NCBI GenBank assembly: GCA_032249135.1
Contig: JAVVGL010000003.1
Span: 1-64,000 of the forward strand
DNA length: 64,000 nt
Reading direction: 5' to 3'
Source: Candidatus Calescibacterium sp.
GTDB taxonomy: Bacteria > Calescibacteriota > Calescibacteriia > Calescibacteriales > Calescibacteriaceae
Shown one piece after another: positions 42,220 to 52,936 of this stretch. The stretch's first letter is position 1; each line of letters starts with the position of its first letter. Below the pieces are notes generated by a model, which saw nothing but the letters and a program-made list of their open reading frames with translations, ran no database searches and was not told the DNA's origin. The translations under genes were made by a program, and so were the position numbers.

Positions 42220-44163
42220 ATGGGCAAAACACAAGCTGAAAGAAAAACTATAAGTAAAATAAGGGTAAGCTGCTTAGGTCCCGTTGATAATCCCGAAAAA
42301 TATGTTCCACCAGACTGGTGGAGAAAAATCTTCAATTCAATATATCTCAAAACAGACGGTGATGTCGTAGATGATATAGAAATCACAAAAATGGAAGTAG
42401 ATCTTTTCCAAGAAGTACTACAACTCAAAGGAGATGAGAAAATATTAGACCTGTGCTGCGGTCATGGGAGACACTCACTTGAACTTGCAAGAAGAGGCTT
42501 CAAATTTGTTGAGGGTCTTGACAGGTCTCACTATCTTATTCAGAAAGCAAAAAGTCAGGCAAAAAAAGAAAATCTCCCCGTAAAATTCAGAGAAGGAGAT
42601 GCAAGAAAGCTTCCATATCCACCAGACACTTTTGATGTTGTCATGATACTCGGAAATAGCTTCGGATACTTTGAAACAGTTGAAGATGATTTGAGGGTTC
42701 TCAAAGAAGTTTTTCGTGTGCTAAAACCATGGGGAAAGATACTCATAGATGTTGCAGATGGAGAGTATCTAAAAGCAAATTTTAAAAAACAAACATGGGA
42801 GTGGATAGATAAAAAACACTTTGTTTGCAGAGAAAGAACCTTATCGTCTGATGGAACAAGACTCATAAGCAGAGAAATAGTCACACATACAGAAAAGGGA
42901 GTTATAGCAGACCAGTTCTATGCTGAAAGACTCTATACAAAAAAGGACCTTGAGGAACTTCTCATAAAAGCTGGTTTTTCTGACGTGAAATTTTTAGCAG
43001 AAGTATCACCTCTATCAAAAAGAAATCAGGACCTTGGTATGATGGAAAGAAGGATAATAGTTTCGGCTGTTGCAAAAAAAGATTGGACACCGCTGAAAAT
43101 AAAGATAAAAGACAAGATAAAAAATGTCGTAGTTTTGCTCGGAGATCACACAAAACCAGATAAACTAAAACCAAATGGAATCTTTGATGAAGACGACTTT
43201 TACACCATAGATAAACTCAGATCTGCTCTCAAAGAACTTGAAGGGTATAATTTTATCTACCTTTCAAAACACGATACCCTAATTCAAGACCTTATGAAGT
43301 TAAAAGGGAAGATAGATTATGTATTTAACTTATGTGATGAAGGATTTGAAAATGATCCTTTGAAAGAGCTTCATATACCCGCTCTTTTAGAAATGTTGCA
43401 TATTCCATATACAGGCGCAGGTCCGCGATGTCTTGCATACTGCTATGATAAATCTCTTGTGAGAGGAATAGCAAAAGAGATGGGAATACCCGTTCCGGAA
43501 GCTGTATTTATAAAACCAGAAGATACAACTTTTGAAATCCCCTTCTCTTTTCCAGTAATTGTAAAACCAAATTTTGGAGATTCAAGCTTTGGAATCACAC
43601 AAAGAAGCGTTGCTTATAATCCAGAACAACTCTTATCAGCAATATCTGAAATAAGGGAAAAATTCGGATACGATAAACCTATACTTGTTGAAGAGTTCCT
43701 TCAAGGAAAGGACCTTTCCGTCGGAATAATTGGTAATCCTCCCGAATACTATAAAGTTCTACCAATAATTGAAGAAGACTACTCTGCTCTACCACCCGAA
43801 CTCCCGAAAATATGCGGATATGAAGCAAAATGGTTACCAGACTCTCCTTACTGGAATATAAAATCTAAAAGAGCGGAATTGCCAGAAGATGTTGAAAAAT
43901 TCATAATTGAGTGCTGTCTCAAACTTTTTGAACGACTTGAATGCAGAGATTACGCAAGATTTGATTGGAGACTTGATTCCGAAGGCAACCCAAAACTTTT
44001 AGAAGTTAATCCAAATCCTGGATGGTGCTGGGACGGACACCTTGCAAAAATGTTCTACATTTCATCTTTAACATATAAAGACATGCTCAAAGCAATTTTA
44101 GAAGCGGCAGAAATAAGGCTCAAAATCTCAAACGAAGTTCACCGTGAAGCATCAAGAATTTAA
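42220..44163 (+). CDS. Fusion of a class I SAM methyltransferase and a D-Ala-D-Ala ligase-like ATP-grasp domain
   Basis: ILDLCCGHGRH, GDAR, GNSFGYF; then VFNLCD, IPYTG, FPVIVKP..GDSSFGI, LVEEFL, YEAKW, YARFDWR, LEVNPNPG. Confidence 0.85.
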   Translation: MGKTQAERKTISKIRVSCLGPVDNPEKYVPPDWWRKIFNSIYLKTDGDVVDDIEITKMEVDLFQEVLQLKGDEKILDLCCGHGRHSLELARRGFKFVEGLDRSHYLIQKAKSQAKKENLPVKFREGDARKLPYPPDTFDVVMILGNSFGYFETVEDDLRVLKEVFRVLKPWGKILIDVADGEYLKANFKKQTWEWIDKKHFVCRERTLSSDGTRLISREIVTHTEKGVIADQFYAERLYTKKDLEELLIKAGFSDVKFLAEVSPLSKRNQDLGMMERRIIVSAVAKKDWTPLKIKIKDKIKNVVVLLGDHTKPDKLKPNGIFDEDDFYTIDKLRSALKELEGYNFIYLSKHDTLIQDLMKLKGKIDYVFNLCDEGFENDPLKELHIPALLEMLHIPYTGAGPRCLAYCYDKSLVRGIAKEMGIPVPEAVFIKPEDTTFEIPFSFPVIVKPNFGDSSFGITQRSVAYNPEQLLSAISEIREKFGYDKPILVEEFLQGKDLSVGIIGNPPEYYKVLPIIEEDYSALPPELPKICGYEAKWLPDSPYWNIKSKRAELPEDVEKFIIECCLKLFERLECRDYARFDWRLDSEGNPKLLEVNPNPGWCWDGHLAKMFYISSLTYKDMLKAILEAAEIRLKISNEVHREASRI

Positions 44164-44462
44164 TTTCCCCGCATAGATATTTTCTTTCAATTTATAAATT
44201 ATAAATCTTATCTTTTTTCACAAGAGAGTCAGTAGATTGAATGTAAGATTTTGATTTTTTGAACCTTATGGTGTTTCTTAATCTGTGATTCTTCCTAAAA
44301 ATAATCAGAAATTTGCGCAGCAAAGATATGACAAAAAACAAAAGGTTTCAAAAAGTTTCAGAGAAACAGAAAAAATAAAACAATCTGAAACTAAAATCTT
44401 CAAATTGATACAGGAACGATTTTTGCTTAAAAGAAGAAAAATAAAAGAGGAGGTAAAAGGAG

Positions 44463-45206
44463 ATGGCGATAAATCCGGAAACAATAAGTTTTGTTTTGAG
44501 TGATGATGAGATAAACTTTTGGGCGGAAAGGCTTGAAGAAAAAAGTGCAGAGGAAATAATAAGGTGGGCAGTTGAAAAATTCGGAAATAAACTTGCAATA
44601 GGATGTTCTCTTGGAGCAGAGGACATGGTAATAATGGACATCGCTGTAAAAATAAAACCAGATATACCATTTTTGTTCCTTGACACAGATTTTCACTTCA
44701 AAGATACTCTTGACACACTTGAAAGAGCAAAACAGAGGTATAATGCAAACATAATTTCCATCAAATCAGAATATACACCGGAAGAGCAGGCAAAAAAATT
44801 TGGTCCTCAACTTTTCTTCACAGATCCTAACCTATGCTGCACACTAAGGAAAGTTCTACCTATGAAATCAGCTCTCTCAAATTACCATGCATGGATAACT
44901 GGAATAAGAAGAGAGCAAGCTCCAACAAGAAGAAACGCAAAAGTTGTAGAAAAAGATAAAGTATTTGGTCTGATAAAGATAAACCCACTTGTGAGATGGA
45001 CATTTGATGAGGTGTGGAATTACATAAGGAAAAATAATGTGCCATATAACAGGTTGCATGATTTAGGATATCCATCAATAGGTTGTGCACCTTGCACTCA
45101 ACCTGTAAGACCCGGTCAAGATTTAAGAGCAGGTAGATGGGCAGGAACAGGCAAAACCGAATGTGGGCTCCACTCCCCAGAAGATGTGAAAAAAATATCT
45201 GAATAG
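44463..45206 (+). CDS. cysH: APS/PAPS reductase, Fe-S type
   Basis: FLDT.FHF, CCTLRKV, WITGIRREQ, GYPSIGCAPCT, RAGRW...KTECGLH. Confidence 0.93.
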   Translation: MAINPETISFVLSDDEINFWAERLEEKSAEEIIRWAVEKFGNKLAIGCSLGAEDMVIMDIAVKIKPDIPFLFLDTDFHFKDTLDTLERAKQRYNANIISIKSEYTPEEQAKKFGPQLFFTDPNLCCTLRKVLPMKSALSNYHAWITGIRREQAPTRRNAKVVEKDKVFGLIKINPLVRWTFDEVWNYIRKNNVPYNRLHDLGYPSIGCAPCTQPVRPGQDLRAGRWAGTGKTECGLHSPEDVKKISE

Positions 45207-45248
45207 AAAAATTCTATCTCTAAATTATTATAATTATTATAAAGAATA

Positions 45249-46208
45249 ATGACAACTTTCATAATATCAGGTGCCACAGGTCTTATAGGAAGAGCACTTA
45301 TAAAAGATTTATCAGAAAAGTACGATGCAAAAATAATAGTTTTGACAAGAAACAAAGACAAAATAAGAAAGATAGATTGGCAAATTAAAGAAAAAACAAA
45401 AATAATACCTTATCTTTGGGACGAAAAAGAGAAAATAATATCAGAAGCAAAAGAAGGAGAAAACAAAATAGTGATAAATCTTGCAGGAGAAAACATAGGT
45501 CAAAGATGGACTGAAAAACTCAAAGAAAAAATAGAAGAAAGCAGAATAGAAAGCACAAGAGAAACATCTGATATTGCAGAAAAAATAAATGCAGATCTTT
45601 TCATATCAGCCTCAGCAGTTGGATACTATGGAGATAGAGGAGATGAAAATTTAGACGAAAAATCTGGACCGGGTAATCTTTTCCTCTCAAAAGTTTGCGT
45701 AAAGTGGGAAAATGAAGCTCAAAAAGCAGCAGAAAAAGGCATAAAAACAATAATAACAAGAATAGGAGTAGTTTTAAGTAAAGATGCAAAATTTATGAAA
45801 TCACTCCTTACACCCCTCTTCATAGCAAATCCCTTCGGCAAAGGAGAAAATTTTATCTCATGGATACATATAAAAGACCTTACAAGAGCCTTTTTGTTTT
45901 TGATAGAGTTAGATAAGGGAAAAAAGAATAAAGCAGGAAGAGAATGGGAAAGTACCAAAGCAAAAATCGTTAATATAACTTCTCCTCAACCTGTAAAATC
46001 AAAAGAGATAGTAAACATACTGGCAGAAATAAAAAATAAAAAGGTTGTAAATCTACCACAAAAAATATTATCTTTGATGCTCGGAAAAGACTTTGTAAGA
46101 GAAACTATAACTCCGAGCCAAAAGGTGTATCCAAAAGTTCTTATATCAGAAGGGTTCGAATTTCTTTTCCCCGATATAAAAAAAGCACTAGAGGATATAG
46201 CAAAATAA
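45249..46208 (+). CDS. TIGR01777-type NAD-dependent epimerase family protein
   Basis: SGATGLIG, INLAGENI..RW, SASAVGYYG, FLSKVC.KWE, SWIHIKD. Confidence 0.88.
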   Translation: MTTFIISGATGLIGRALIKDLSEKYDAKIIVLTRNKDKIRKIDWQIKEKTKIIPYLWDEKEKIISEAKEGENKIVINLAGENIGQRWTEKLKEKIEESRIESTRETSDIAEKINADLFISASAVGYYGDRGDENLDEKSGPGNLFLSKVCVKWENEAQKAAEKGIKTIITRIGVVLSKDAKFMKSLLTPLFIANPFGKGENFISWIHIKDLTRAFLFLIELDKGKKNKAGREWESTKAKIVNITSPQPVKSKEIVNILAEIKNKKVVNLPQKILSLMLGKDFVRETITPSQKVYPKVLISEGFEFLFPDIKKALEDIAK

Positions 46209-46223
46209 AAACTGAATCAATCT

Positions 46224-48767
46224 TCAAGTTTCATTTTTCTTTTTACTTTGCTTTTTTGAACTTGACTTTAGTGATTTTGATTTCCTACCTTTTTTTAAGA
46301 TATTTGAACCAAAAACAATAGAAACTGCCTCATCAAGATGCTCAACAAAATGGAATTTAAGCTTCTGCTTTACCTCATCCGGGACTTTCTCAAGGTCTTT
46401 TTGGTTCTGTTTAGGTAAAATGACTTCTTCAACACCATATCTATAAGCCGCAAGCAATTTTTCTCTTATACCTCCAACAGGTAAAATTTTACCACGCAAA
46501 GTTATCTCACCTGTCATAGCGATTGACTGTCTCACAGGAACAGAAGATAAAGCAGAAATAATGGAGATACAAATCGCAATTCCAGCAGATGGTCCATCTT
46601 TCGGAACAGCTCCTTCCGGCACATGAATGTGCAATCCCATCTTAAACTTTCGTTGATCTATTCCAAACTTTTGAGCATTAACCTTAGCGTAAGTCAAAGC
46701 AGCCCTTGCTGATTCCTTCATAACTTCTCCCAAACTTCCTGTAAGATTTATAGAACTGTCTTGAGGTACAACAGAAGTTTCAATTTTTATTATATCTCCT
46801 CCGTAGGGTGTCCATGCAAGTCCAGTTGCAACACCAATAAATTCTCCCTTTACATCTTCAAATTCAGAAAAAAGTGGAACCCCCAAAAGCTTTTCAACAT
46901 CGTTATCTTTTATTTTTATCTTATTGCCGTCTTTTTGTTCATCTAACTTGATTTCACCCAAAAGTAATTTTTTTCCTAATTTTCTCATGAGAGCTTCCAA
47001 CTTTCTTGAAAGTTCTCTCACGCCCGCCTCTCTTGTGTATTGTCTTATGACCTTGAGTATCGCAGAATCCTCAATATGGACATCATATTTTGGAAAAAGA
47101 CCAACCTCCTGAGAAATCTTTGGAATAAAATATTTTTTCGCAATATTGAGTTTGTCTATATCTGTATATCCTGGGATGAAAATGAGCTCCATTCTATCAA
47201 GCAAAGGAGCAGGGATTGTATCTATTTGATTAGCTGTGCATATGAAAAGAACTCGAGAAAGATCAAAAGGCAGAGATATATAGTGATCAACAAAAGAGTT
47301 ATTTTGTTCAGGGTCAAGAACTTCAAGTAAAGCCGAGGCAGGATCTCCTCTGAAATCAAAAGATAGCTTGTCTATTTCATCTAACATAAAAACAGGGTTT
47401 TTCGATCCAGCTTGTTTCATTCCGTTTATTATTCTTCCTGGCATGGCTCCAACATAGGTTCTTCTATGACCTCGTATTTCAGCTTCATCTCTCACACCTC
47501 CCAACGATACACGAACAAACTTTCTCTCAAGAGCACGGGCTATTGATTTTCCCAAAGATGTCTTACCCACTCCCGGTGGTCCTACAAGACAAAGTATAGC
47601 ACCTCGTGGTAATGAACCTTTGAGAGCCCCAGTAGATAAGAATTCCAAAATTCTCTCTTTCACATCTTCAAGGTTCCAGTGGTCCTCATCAAGAATTCTT
47701 TGAGCTCTTTTCAGATCAAGATTATCTTGAGTTTCCTCTGTCCAAGGTAAAGCTAAGACTTCCTGAACCCATGTCAAAATGACAGTATATTCAGGAGACT
47801 CTTTCGGTATTGAGGCGAGACGATCAATCTGCTTTAAAACCTCCTTTTTGACATTATCAGGGAGTTTTTCAGCTTTCTCTTTCAGCTCATCTATTTCAGA
47901 TTTTACACCTTCCAGTTTGTCAAGCTCCTTCTGGATTTCTTTTATTTCCTCTTGTAATATCCTGATTCTTTGAGCTTTATCTATGTTCTCCTGAACTCTT
48001 CGTGAAATCTCTGCTTGTATCTTCAATACTTCTTTCTCTCTTACAAGAATTCCTATAAGTTTTCTTATTCTTTCAGTCTGATCTAATGTCTCTATAAGTT
48101 CCTGTGCCTCGGATGGTTTTAAAGGTAAATTAGAAGCTATTATATCAGCAAGTCTTCCCGGAATATCTATATTTCGTAATATAGATATGGCTTCTGGTGG
48201 TGGTTTTATTGGTAAGAGTTCAAGGTATTCTTCAAAGATAACAAAAAGCTGTCTTGATAGAGCTTCAAGCTCTGGATTAAAAATAATTGGTTTTTTATCT
48301 TCAAATATCTGAACTTGAACTAAAAACGGTGGAATTTCTCTTACAAATTTATCTATTCTTGCTCTATAAACACCACTCAAAAGAGCTCTGACAACATTAC
48401 CATCTTTGAAAGCTCTTATAACAAATGCAACGGTTCCAAAATTTCTTATCGCTTCCTTTTGATTTTTCGCATTCTCATTTACCAAAGATGCAAAAACAAA
48501 TCTCCCAGATTGGATAGCTTGTTCAAGAGCTATTTGTGATTCAACATCGGACAGAGTTACAGGTACAACGCTTCCGGGAAATATCACGAATCCAAAAAGC
48601 TGTATAACAGGAATAGGAATATCCTTTTTAAAACTTGTAACTGGAACAGGAAAAAAAGGAGTTTTTATTTTATCTTCGCTGCCGATTTCCCCTTGCTCAG
48701 AGTTTTCTGAACTGCCTCCAACATCAAAATTTCCAGCTTCTCCAAAATCTTTGAATTCATCCCCCAT
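46224..48767 (-). CDS. lon: Lon protease (probable start 48767)
   Basis: GPPGVGKTS, RDEAEIRGHRRTYVGAMPG, HIHVPEGAVPKDGPSAG. Confidence 0.97.
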   Translation of the reverse strand: MGDEFKDFGEAGNFDVGGSSENSEQGEIGSEDKIKTPFFPVPVTSFKKDIPIPVIQLFGFVIFPGSVVPVTLSDVESQIALEQAIQSGRFVFASLVNENAKNQKEAIRNFGTVAFVIRAFKDGNVVRALLSGVYRARIDKFVREIPPFLVQVQIFEDKKPIIFNPELEALSRQLFVIFEEYLELLPIKPPPEAISILRNIDIPGRLADIIASNLPLKPSEAQELIETLDQTERIRKLIGILVREKEVLKIQAEISRRVQENIDKAQRIRILQEEIKEIQKELDKLEGVKSEIDELKEKAEKLPDNVKKEVLKQIDRLASIPKESPEYTVILTWVQEVLALPWTEETQDNLDLKRAQRILDEDHWNLEDVKERILEFLSTGALKGSLPRGAILCLVGPPGVGKTSLGKSIARALERKFVRVSLGGVRDEAEIRGHRRTYVGAMPGRIINGMKQAGSKNPVFMLDEIDKLSFDFRGDPASALLEVLDPEQNNSFVDHYISLPFDLSRVLFICTANQIDTIPAPLLDRMELIFIPGYTDIDKLNIAKKYFIPKISQEVGLFPKYDVHIEDSAILKVIRQYTREAGVRELSRKLEALMRKLGKKLLLGEIKLDEQKDGNKIKIKDNDVEKLLGVPLFSEFEDVKGEFIGVATGLAWTPYGGDIIKIETSVVPQDSSINLTGSLGEVMKESARAALTYAKVNAQKFGIDQRKFKMGLHIHVPEGAVPKDGPSAGIAICISIISALSSVPVRQSIAMTGEITLRGKILPVGGIREKLLAAYRYGVEEVILPKQNQKDLEKVPDEVKQKLKFHFVEHLDEAVSIVFGSNILKKGRKSKSLKSSSKKQSKKKNET

Positions 48768-48798
48768 CTGAATTACAAATTCACTTTTATTTCTTAAT

Positions 48799-49923
48799 TT
48801 ATCCGCTGCCAAACGCCTTTGATTTTTTATCTTCAAAAAACCTTGAAAGTAATTTTTTAGATAAAGAAGATGAAATCTTTTCTATTTCATCATCAGAAAG
48901 ATTTGTATACTTTTTAAGATGCTCAAAAATCATGTATTCAAAATCCAATTTTAGCTGAACAAGTTCCTTTGTGTCCTCGTAAAAAGTAAGTTTCCTTTTG
49001 AGTTTCTCAATTTCTCTTTCTATAAGTTTTTCCGCCAAATCTAATTTTTCAGGGTCAATATAAAGCTGTTTTGCCGAATCAACATTAAAAAGCCAAATTT
49101 TCCCAAAATTAGAAATTTCTGGATCAACATTTCTTGGAACGGAAAAATCTATAACAAGCAATTCCTTCTGCCTACCCAAAACATATTCTTTTTTGAGTAA
49201 AAACCCTGGATGCCTTGTTGCGAAAACTGCAACATCTGCAATTTCAACCCCATCTTTTACGGAAGAAGCAAAATCTATATCACAGCTCAAAAAGTTTTTT
49301 AATCTATCTATTCTTTCTTTTGCCTTTTCCTTACTATGAGAGTAGATTATAAGCTTTTTGAAAGAGTTTGCAATTTTGAAGACATCGTGAGCAACCGCGC
49401 CGGTTCCAGCAACGAACAAAATTTTATCTTTTACATCACCAAAAATTTCAAGAGCTTTGTCTAAAACAAACGATGAAAAATTTTTGTCCTCAATATTGAC
49501 TTCATTTCTTATAATTTTTGATATTCTTAGAGCTTCTGAAATGAGCCATAACATCTCATTTCCGCACCACCCTTGCTTTTTAGCCTCAAAAAATGCGGAT
49601 TTAACCTGATTTACTATATGAGTCTCACCAAAAATCAAAGTTTTTACTCCAGATAGAACAGAAACTATATGCCCAAAAGCCTTCCACCCAGCTATCTTTT
49701 CAAAACCATCTAAATTCAAAAAATTATCTGCTGTGTAAATAAACTCAATTCTTCCACATGTTATAAGAGGTACAATACTTCCCTTAGGATTTTTTTTTAA
49801 AAATTCAGGTATTATATTTCGGTAAACATCAACTCCACACAAAATATTTTCTCTCTCTTTAAGACCATAAGAGAAAAAATTGTATGTTTCAACCTTCAAA
49901 CTTTCTATAAAACTTTGATTCAT
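48799..49923 (-). CDS. hemA: Glutamyl-tRNA reductase (probable start 49923)
   Basis: TCGRIE (catalytic Cys), GETHIVNQVK, GTGAVA, IDFSVPRNVDP. Confidence 0.8.
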   Translation of the reverse strand: MNQSFIESLKVETYNFFSYGLKERENILCGVDVYRNIIPEFLKKNPKGSIVPLITCGRIEFIYTADNFLNLDGFEKIAGWKAFGHIVSVLSGVKTLIFGETHIVNQVKSAFFEAKKQGWCGNEMLWLISEALRISKIIRNEVNIEDKNFSSFVLDKALEIFGDVKDKILFVAGTGAVAHDVFKIANSFKKLIIYSHSKEKAKERIDRLKNFLSCDIDFASSVKDGVEIADVAVFATRHPGFLLKKEYVLGRQKELLVIDFSVPRNVDPEISNFGKIWLFNVDSAKQLYIDPEKLDLAEKLIEREIEKLKRKLTFYEDTKELVQLKLDFEYMIFEHLKKYTNLSDDEIEKISSSLSKKLLSRFFEDKKSKAFGSG

Positions 49924-50016
49924 TTTTCCTAAACCCTTTACTTTTTCTTGTTGTTTATTAAAAGACTTTAATCTACGCAAAAAAGATTTAGCAATTACCT
50001 GAAAAATTAAGCGCAA

Positions 50017-50904
50017 TCAGAACTTCTGAACGACCTTTTCTTTGAGTAAAAAAGCAGCAGTATTGAAAACCAAAGTTATAACAAATAGAGTCAGACCGAC
50101 AGCAAAAATTGTTGCAAACTCAGGTGTTCCGTATGGGACATCTCCCAGTGCAACCTGAACTATGTACGCAGTCATAGTTTGAATTGGCTCTAATGGATTA
50201 AAAGTCAGCTGTGGCATCATTCCAGCAGCTATTGACACAACCATAGTTTCTCCTATTGCTCGAGAAATTCCGAGAATATATGCAGAAGAGATTCCAGAAA
50301 AAGAAGCAGGTAAAACAACAGTTATAGCAGTATAAAGTTTTGATGCACCAAGCGCGTACGCAGCCTCTCTTAAAGATTGCGGAACAGCTCTCATCACATC
50401 TTCACTCAAAGAAATAACATAAGGCAAAATCATAATCCCTATTGTTATCCCAGGAGAAAGCGCATTAAAACCTTGAATTTCTGGAAAAATTTTTTTGAGC
50501 AATGGAGTCAAAAAAAGCAAAGCAAAATATCCATAAACAACTGTTGGAATAGCAGCGAGAAATTCCAAGAAAGGTTTTATATATTCCCTTATTTTGTGAT
50601 GAGCAAACTCACTCAAAAAAATTGATAAAGTAAGTCCAATAGGTAAAGCCACACCTAAAGCAATAGTTGTAATCAGAAAAGTTCCAGATACCAAAGGCAA
50701 TATACCATATTTTTTCGTAGCAAAAAGAGGAGTCCATTCTCTACCGAAAAAGAACTCGCCTAAATTCACATGCCGAAAAAAAGGAATAGATTCTCTAAAA
50801 AGCACAAAAACTATAGCAAAAGTGATAAAAATAGACGATACACCAAAAAAAGTTATTATTAACCTCATCAGAAAGTCTTTGATATATCTCAAATGCTCGT
50901 GCAT
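50017..50904 (-). CDS. pstC: Phosphate ABC transporter permease PstC
   Basis: YGILPLVSGT, LAAIPTVVYG, LREAAYALGA, SRAIGETMVV. Confidence 0.93.
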   Translation of the reverse strand: MHEHLRYIKDFLMRLIITFFGVSSIFITFAIVFVLFRESIPFFRHVNLGEFFFGREWTPLFATKKYGILPLVSGTFLITTIALGVALPIGLTLSIFLSEFAHHKIREYIKPFLEFLAAIPTVVYGYFALLFLTPLLKKIFPEIQGFNALSPGITIGIMILPYVISLSEDVMRAVPQSLREAAYALGASKLYTAITVVLPASFSGISSAYILGISRAIGETMVVSIAAGMMPQLTFNPLEPIQTMTAYIVQVALGDVPYGTPEFATIFAVGLTLFVITLVFNTAAFLLKEKVVQKF

Positions 50905-50923
50905 AAATAAAATTTCATTCTAA

Positions 50924-51964
50924 TCAAACTATCACAACCTTTTCTTTTTTGAAATCATCTATAAAACCAACTACAAATACATCAGAAAAATTTTCAGTTA
51001 TTTTTTTTGCTGTTGTTTCGTCGTAAATCATCGCAAACCCAATTCCCATATTAAAAACTTTGAAAAGTTCTTTCTCTTCAACAAACTTATAAAATAAAGA
51101 AAAAATGTTGTGAGAGTAATTTTCAGAAATATTTTTTAAAACTTTCTTTTCAACAAAAGCAGATAAACCATCTGGTATAACACGCGATAAATTCCCCGGA
51201 ATTCCTCCACCTGTAATGTGAGCCGATGCTTTCGGGAACCCAAATTTTTCCACAATTTTAAAAAAATCTTTGACATAAATTTTCGTTGGAGCTAAAATCA
51301 AGTTATAAAGTTTTTCCCCACCAAAATCAGAATCAATCTTTATTTCTTTCTGAGATATGAGCTTGCGAACAAGAGAAAATCCATTTGAGTGTATCCCAGC
51401 CGAAGGAAAAGCAATAACTAAATCTCCTTTTTTGATATCGTTGATTTTTGGAAGCGAATTAGAATCAGCGAATCCTATACAAAATCCAACAAGCTCTACA
51501 CTTTTTCGTCTATAAAATCCTGGCATTTGAGCCGTTTCTCCTCCAACGAGTGAGCATCCAGATTCCTCACAAGCTTCAACAATTCCCTCAACGATACCCA
51601 AAACATCTACATCATCTAATGAATTTACACCTATATAGTCTAAGAAAAATTTAGGTTTCCCGTGCATAGCAAGAATATCATTAACATTCATCGCAACGAG
51701 GTCTTTTCCCAACCATTTTTCTTTTTTGTATTTGAGCCCAAGTAAGATTTTAGTTCCAACTCCATCACATGTCGCAAGCAAAATTTCGCCTTCTGATTTT
51801 AGAACAGCTGAAAAAGGTCCAACACCTTCAATTACACCAGAGATTAAAGTTTTTTTCGCAAGATCCTTTATTTTTGATTTAATAAAATCAGCTCTATCTA
51901 TATCAACACCGGCTGATGCGTAAGTGATTTTTCTACTTTTTACATCTCTACTTCGCTTCTTCAC
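50924..51964 (-). CDS. purM: Phosphoribosylformylglycinamidine cyclo-ligase
   Basis: TYASAGVDI, DGVGTK, DLVAMNVND, GGETAQMPG, GIHSNGFSL, AHITGGG, FNMGIG. Confidence 0.96.
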   Translation of the reverse strand: MKKRSRDVKSRKITYASAGVDIDRADFIKSKIKDLAKKTLISGVIEGVGPFSAVLKSEGEILLATCDGVGTKILLGLKYKKEKWLGKDLVAMNVNDILAMHGKPKFFLDYIGVNSLDDVDVLGIVEGIVEACEESGCSLVGGETAQMPGFYRRKSVELVGFCIGFADSNSLPKINDIKKGDLVIAFPSAGIHSNGFSLVRKLISQKEIKIDSDFGGEKLYNLILAPTKIYVKDFFKIVEKFGFPKASAHITGGGIPGNLSRVIPDGLSAFVEKKVLKNISENYSHNIFSLFYKFVEEKELFKVFNMGIGFAMIYDETTAKKITENFSDVFVVGFIDDFKKEKVVIV

Positions 51965-52003
51965 TTTTATATAGTTTGTAATTGTTGATTGAAATTGAGA
52001 AAA

Positions 52004-52324
52004 TTACATTTTTATTGAGTTCAGTATATCTGGCATAAGGACAAAAAGTATGATTGTAAATATAATCAGAGGAATTACAGCCAAAGCTATAACCCACCTA
52101 TTTTCATATTTGAGGTGCATATAAAACAAAGCAATAAGTAAAGCTTTAATTGTGCTTATTGCAAAAACAAAAGGTGGAGCATGCTTCCGATGAACAATCT
52201 GTGAAATAAAAATGGAAGCAAAAGTAAGAATAACCAAAATAAAGTAGATAGTAACATATGGGGGATGATGATGGGCTTCCTCTTTGTTCAAACTTTTTTC
52301 CTTTTCAAGCTCCATCTCAAACAT
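52004..52324 (-). CDS. Cytochrome c oxidase subunit IV (probable start 52324, SD GGAGG)
   Basis: Three TM helices, KALLIALFYMHLKYE; last gene of the oxidase operon. Confidence 0.85.
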   Translation of the reverse strand: MFEMELEKEKSLNKEEAHHHPPYVTIYFILVILTFASIFISQIVHRKHAPPFVFAISTIKALLIALFYMHLKYENRWVIALAVIPLIIFTIILFVLMPDILNSIKM

Positions 52325-52332
52325 ACCTCCCT

Positions 52333-52923
52333 TTATGTAAGATAAAATAGAGGGAAAATATAAAGCCAAACTATATCTACAAAGTGCCAATATAAACCTG
52401 CATTTTCAACGGCTTCAATAACTTTCTTTTTTGTGAGAAATATCATAACACCTATTATTATCAGTGCTCCAACCAAAACATGGAGTCCGTGAAGCCCAGT
52501 TATTCCATAGTAGAACATCCAAAAAACATTCTTCGTAGGTACAAATCCATGATGAATTTCACGGGAATATTCAACAAATTTCAAACCTATAAATGTGAAT
52601 CCAGCCAAAGCTGTAAGCCCCAAGAAAAGCTGAACCTTCCCCCAATCGTGAAAAGTTGCATACTTGTGAGCCAATACAGCCGTCAAACTACCTGTAAGCA
52701 AAACGAGTGTATTTATAGAAGCAATAATAACATTTGTATGTTCAGAGTTAGCAAACCATTCAGGATAACTCAACCTGAACAAAATCCCAGATGCAACTAT
52801 ACCTCCCAAAATTACGATCTCCCCTGAAAGAAAAACCCAAAAACCAAACTTTCTAAAAGAAACAGGAATTGACTCATATTCCTCATACTCCACTTTATCT
52901 AAAACTTTTGTTTCCTCCACCAT
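52333..52923 (-). CDS. Cytochrome c oxidase subunit III
   Basis: GFWVFLSGE, NTLVLLTGS, TGLHGLHV, GLYWHFVDIVW. Confidence 0.92.
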   Translation of the reverse strand: MVEETKVLDKVEYEEYESIPVSFRKFGFWVFLSGEIVILGGIVASGILFRLSYPEWFANSEHTNVIIASINTLVLLTGSLTAVLAHKYATFHDWGKVQLFLGLTALAGFTFIGLKFVEYSREIHHGFVPTKNVFWMFYYGITGLHGLHVLVGALIIIGVMIFLTKKKVIEAVENAGLYWHFVDIVWLYIFPLFYLT

Positions 52924-52936
52924 AAATTACCTCCTT

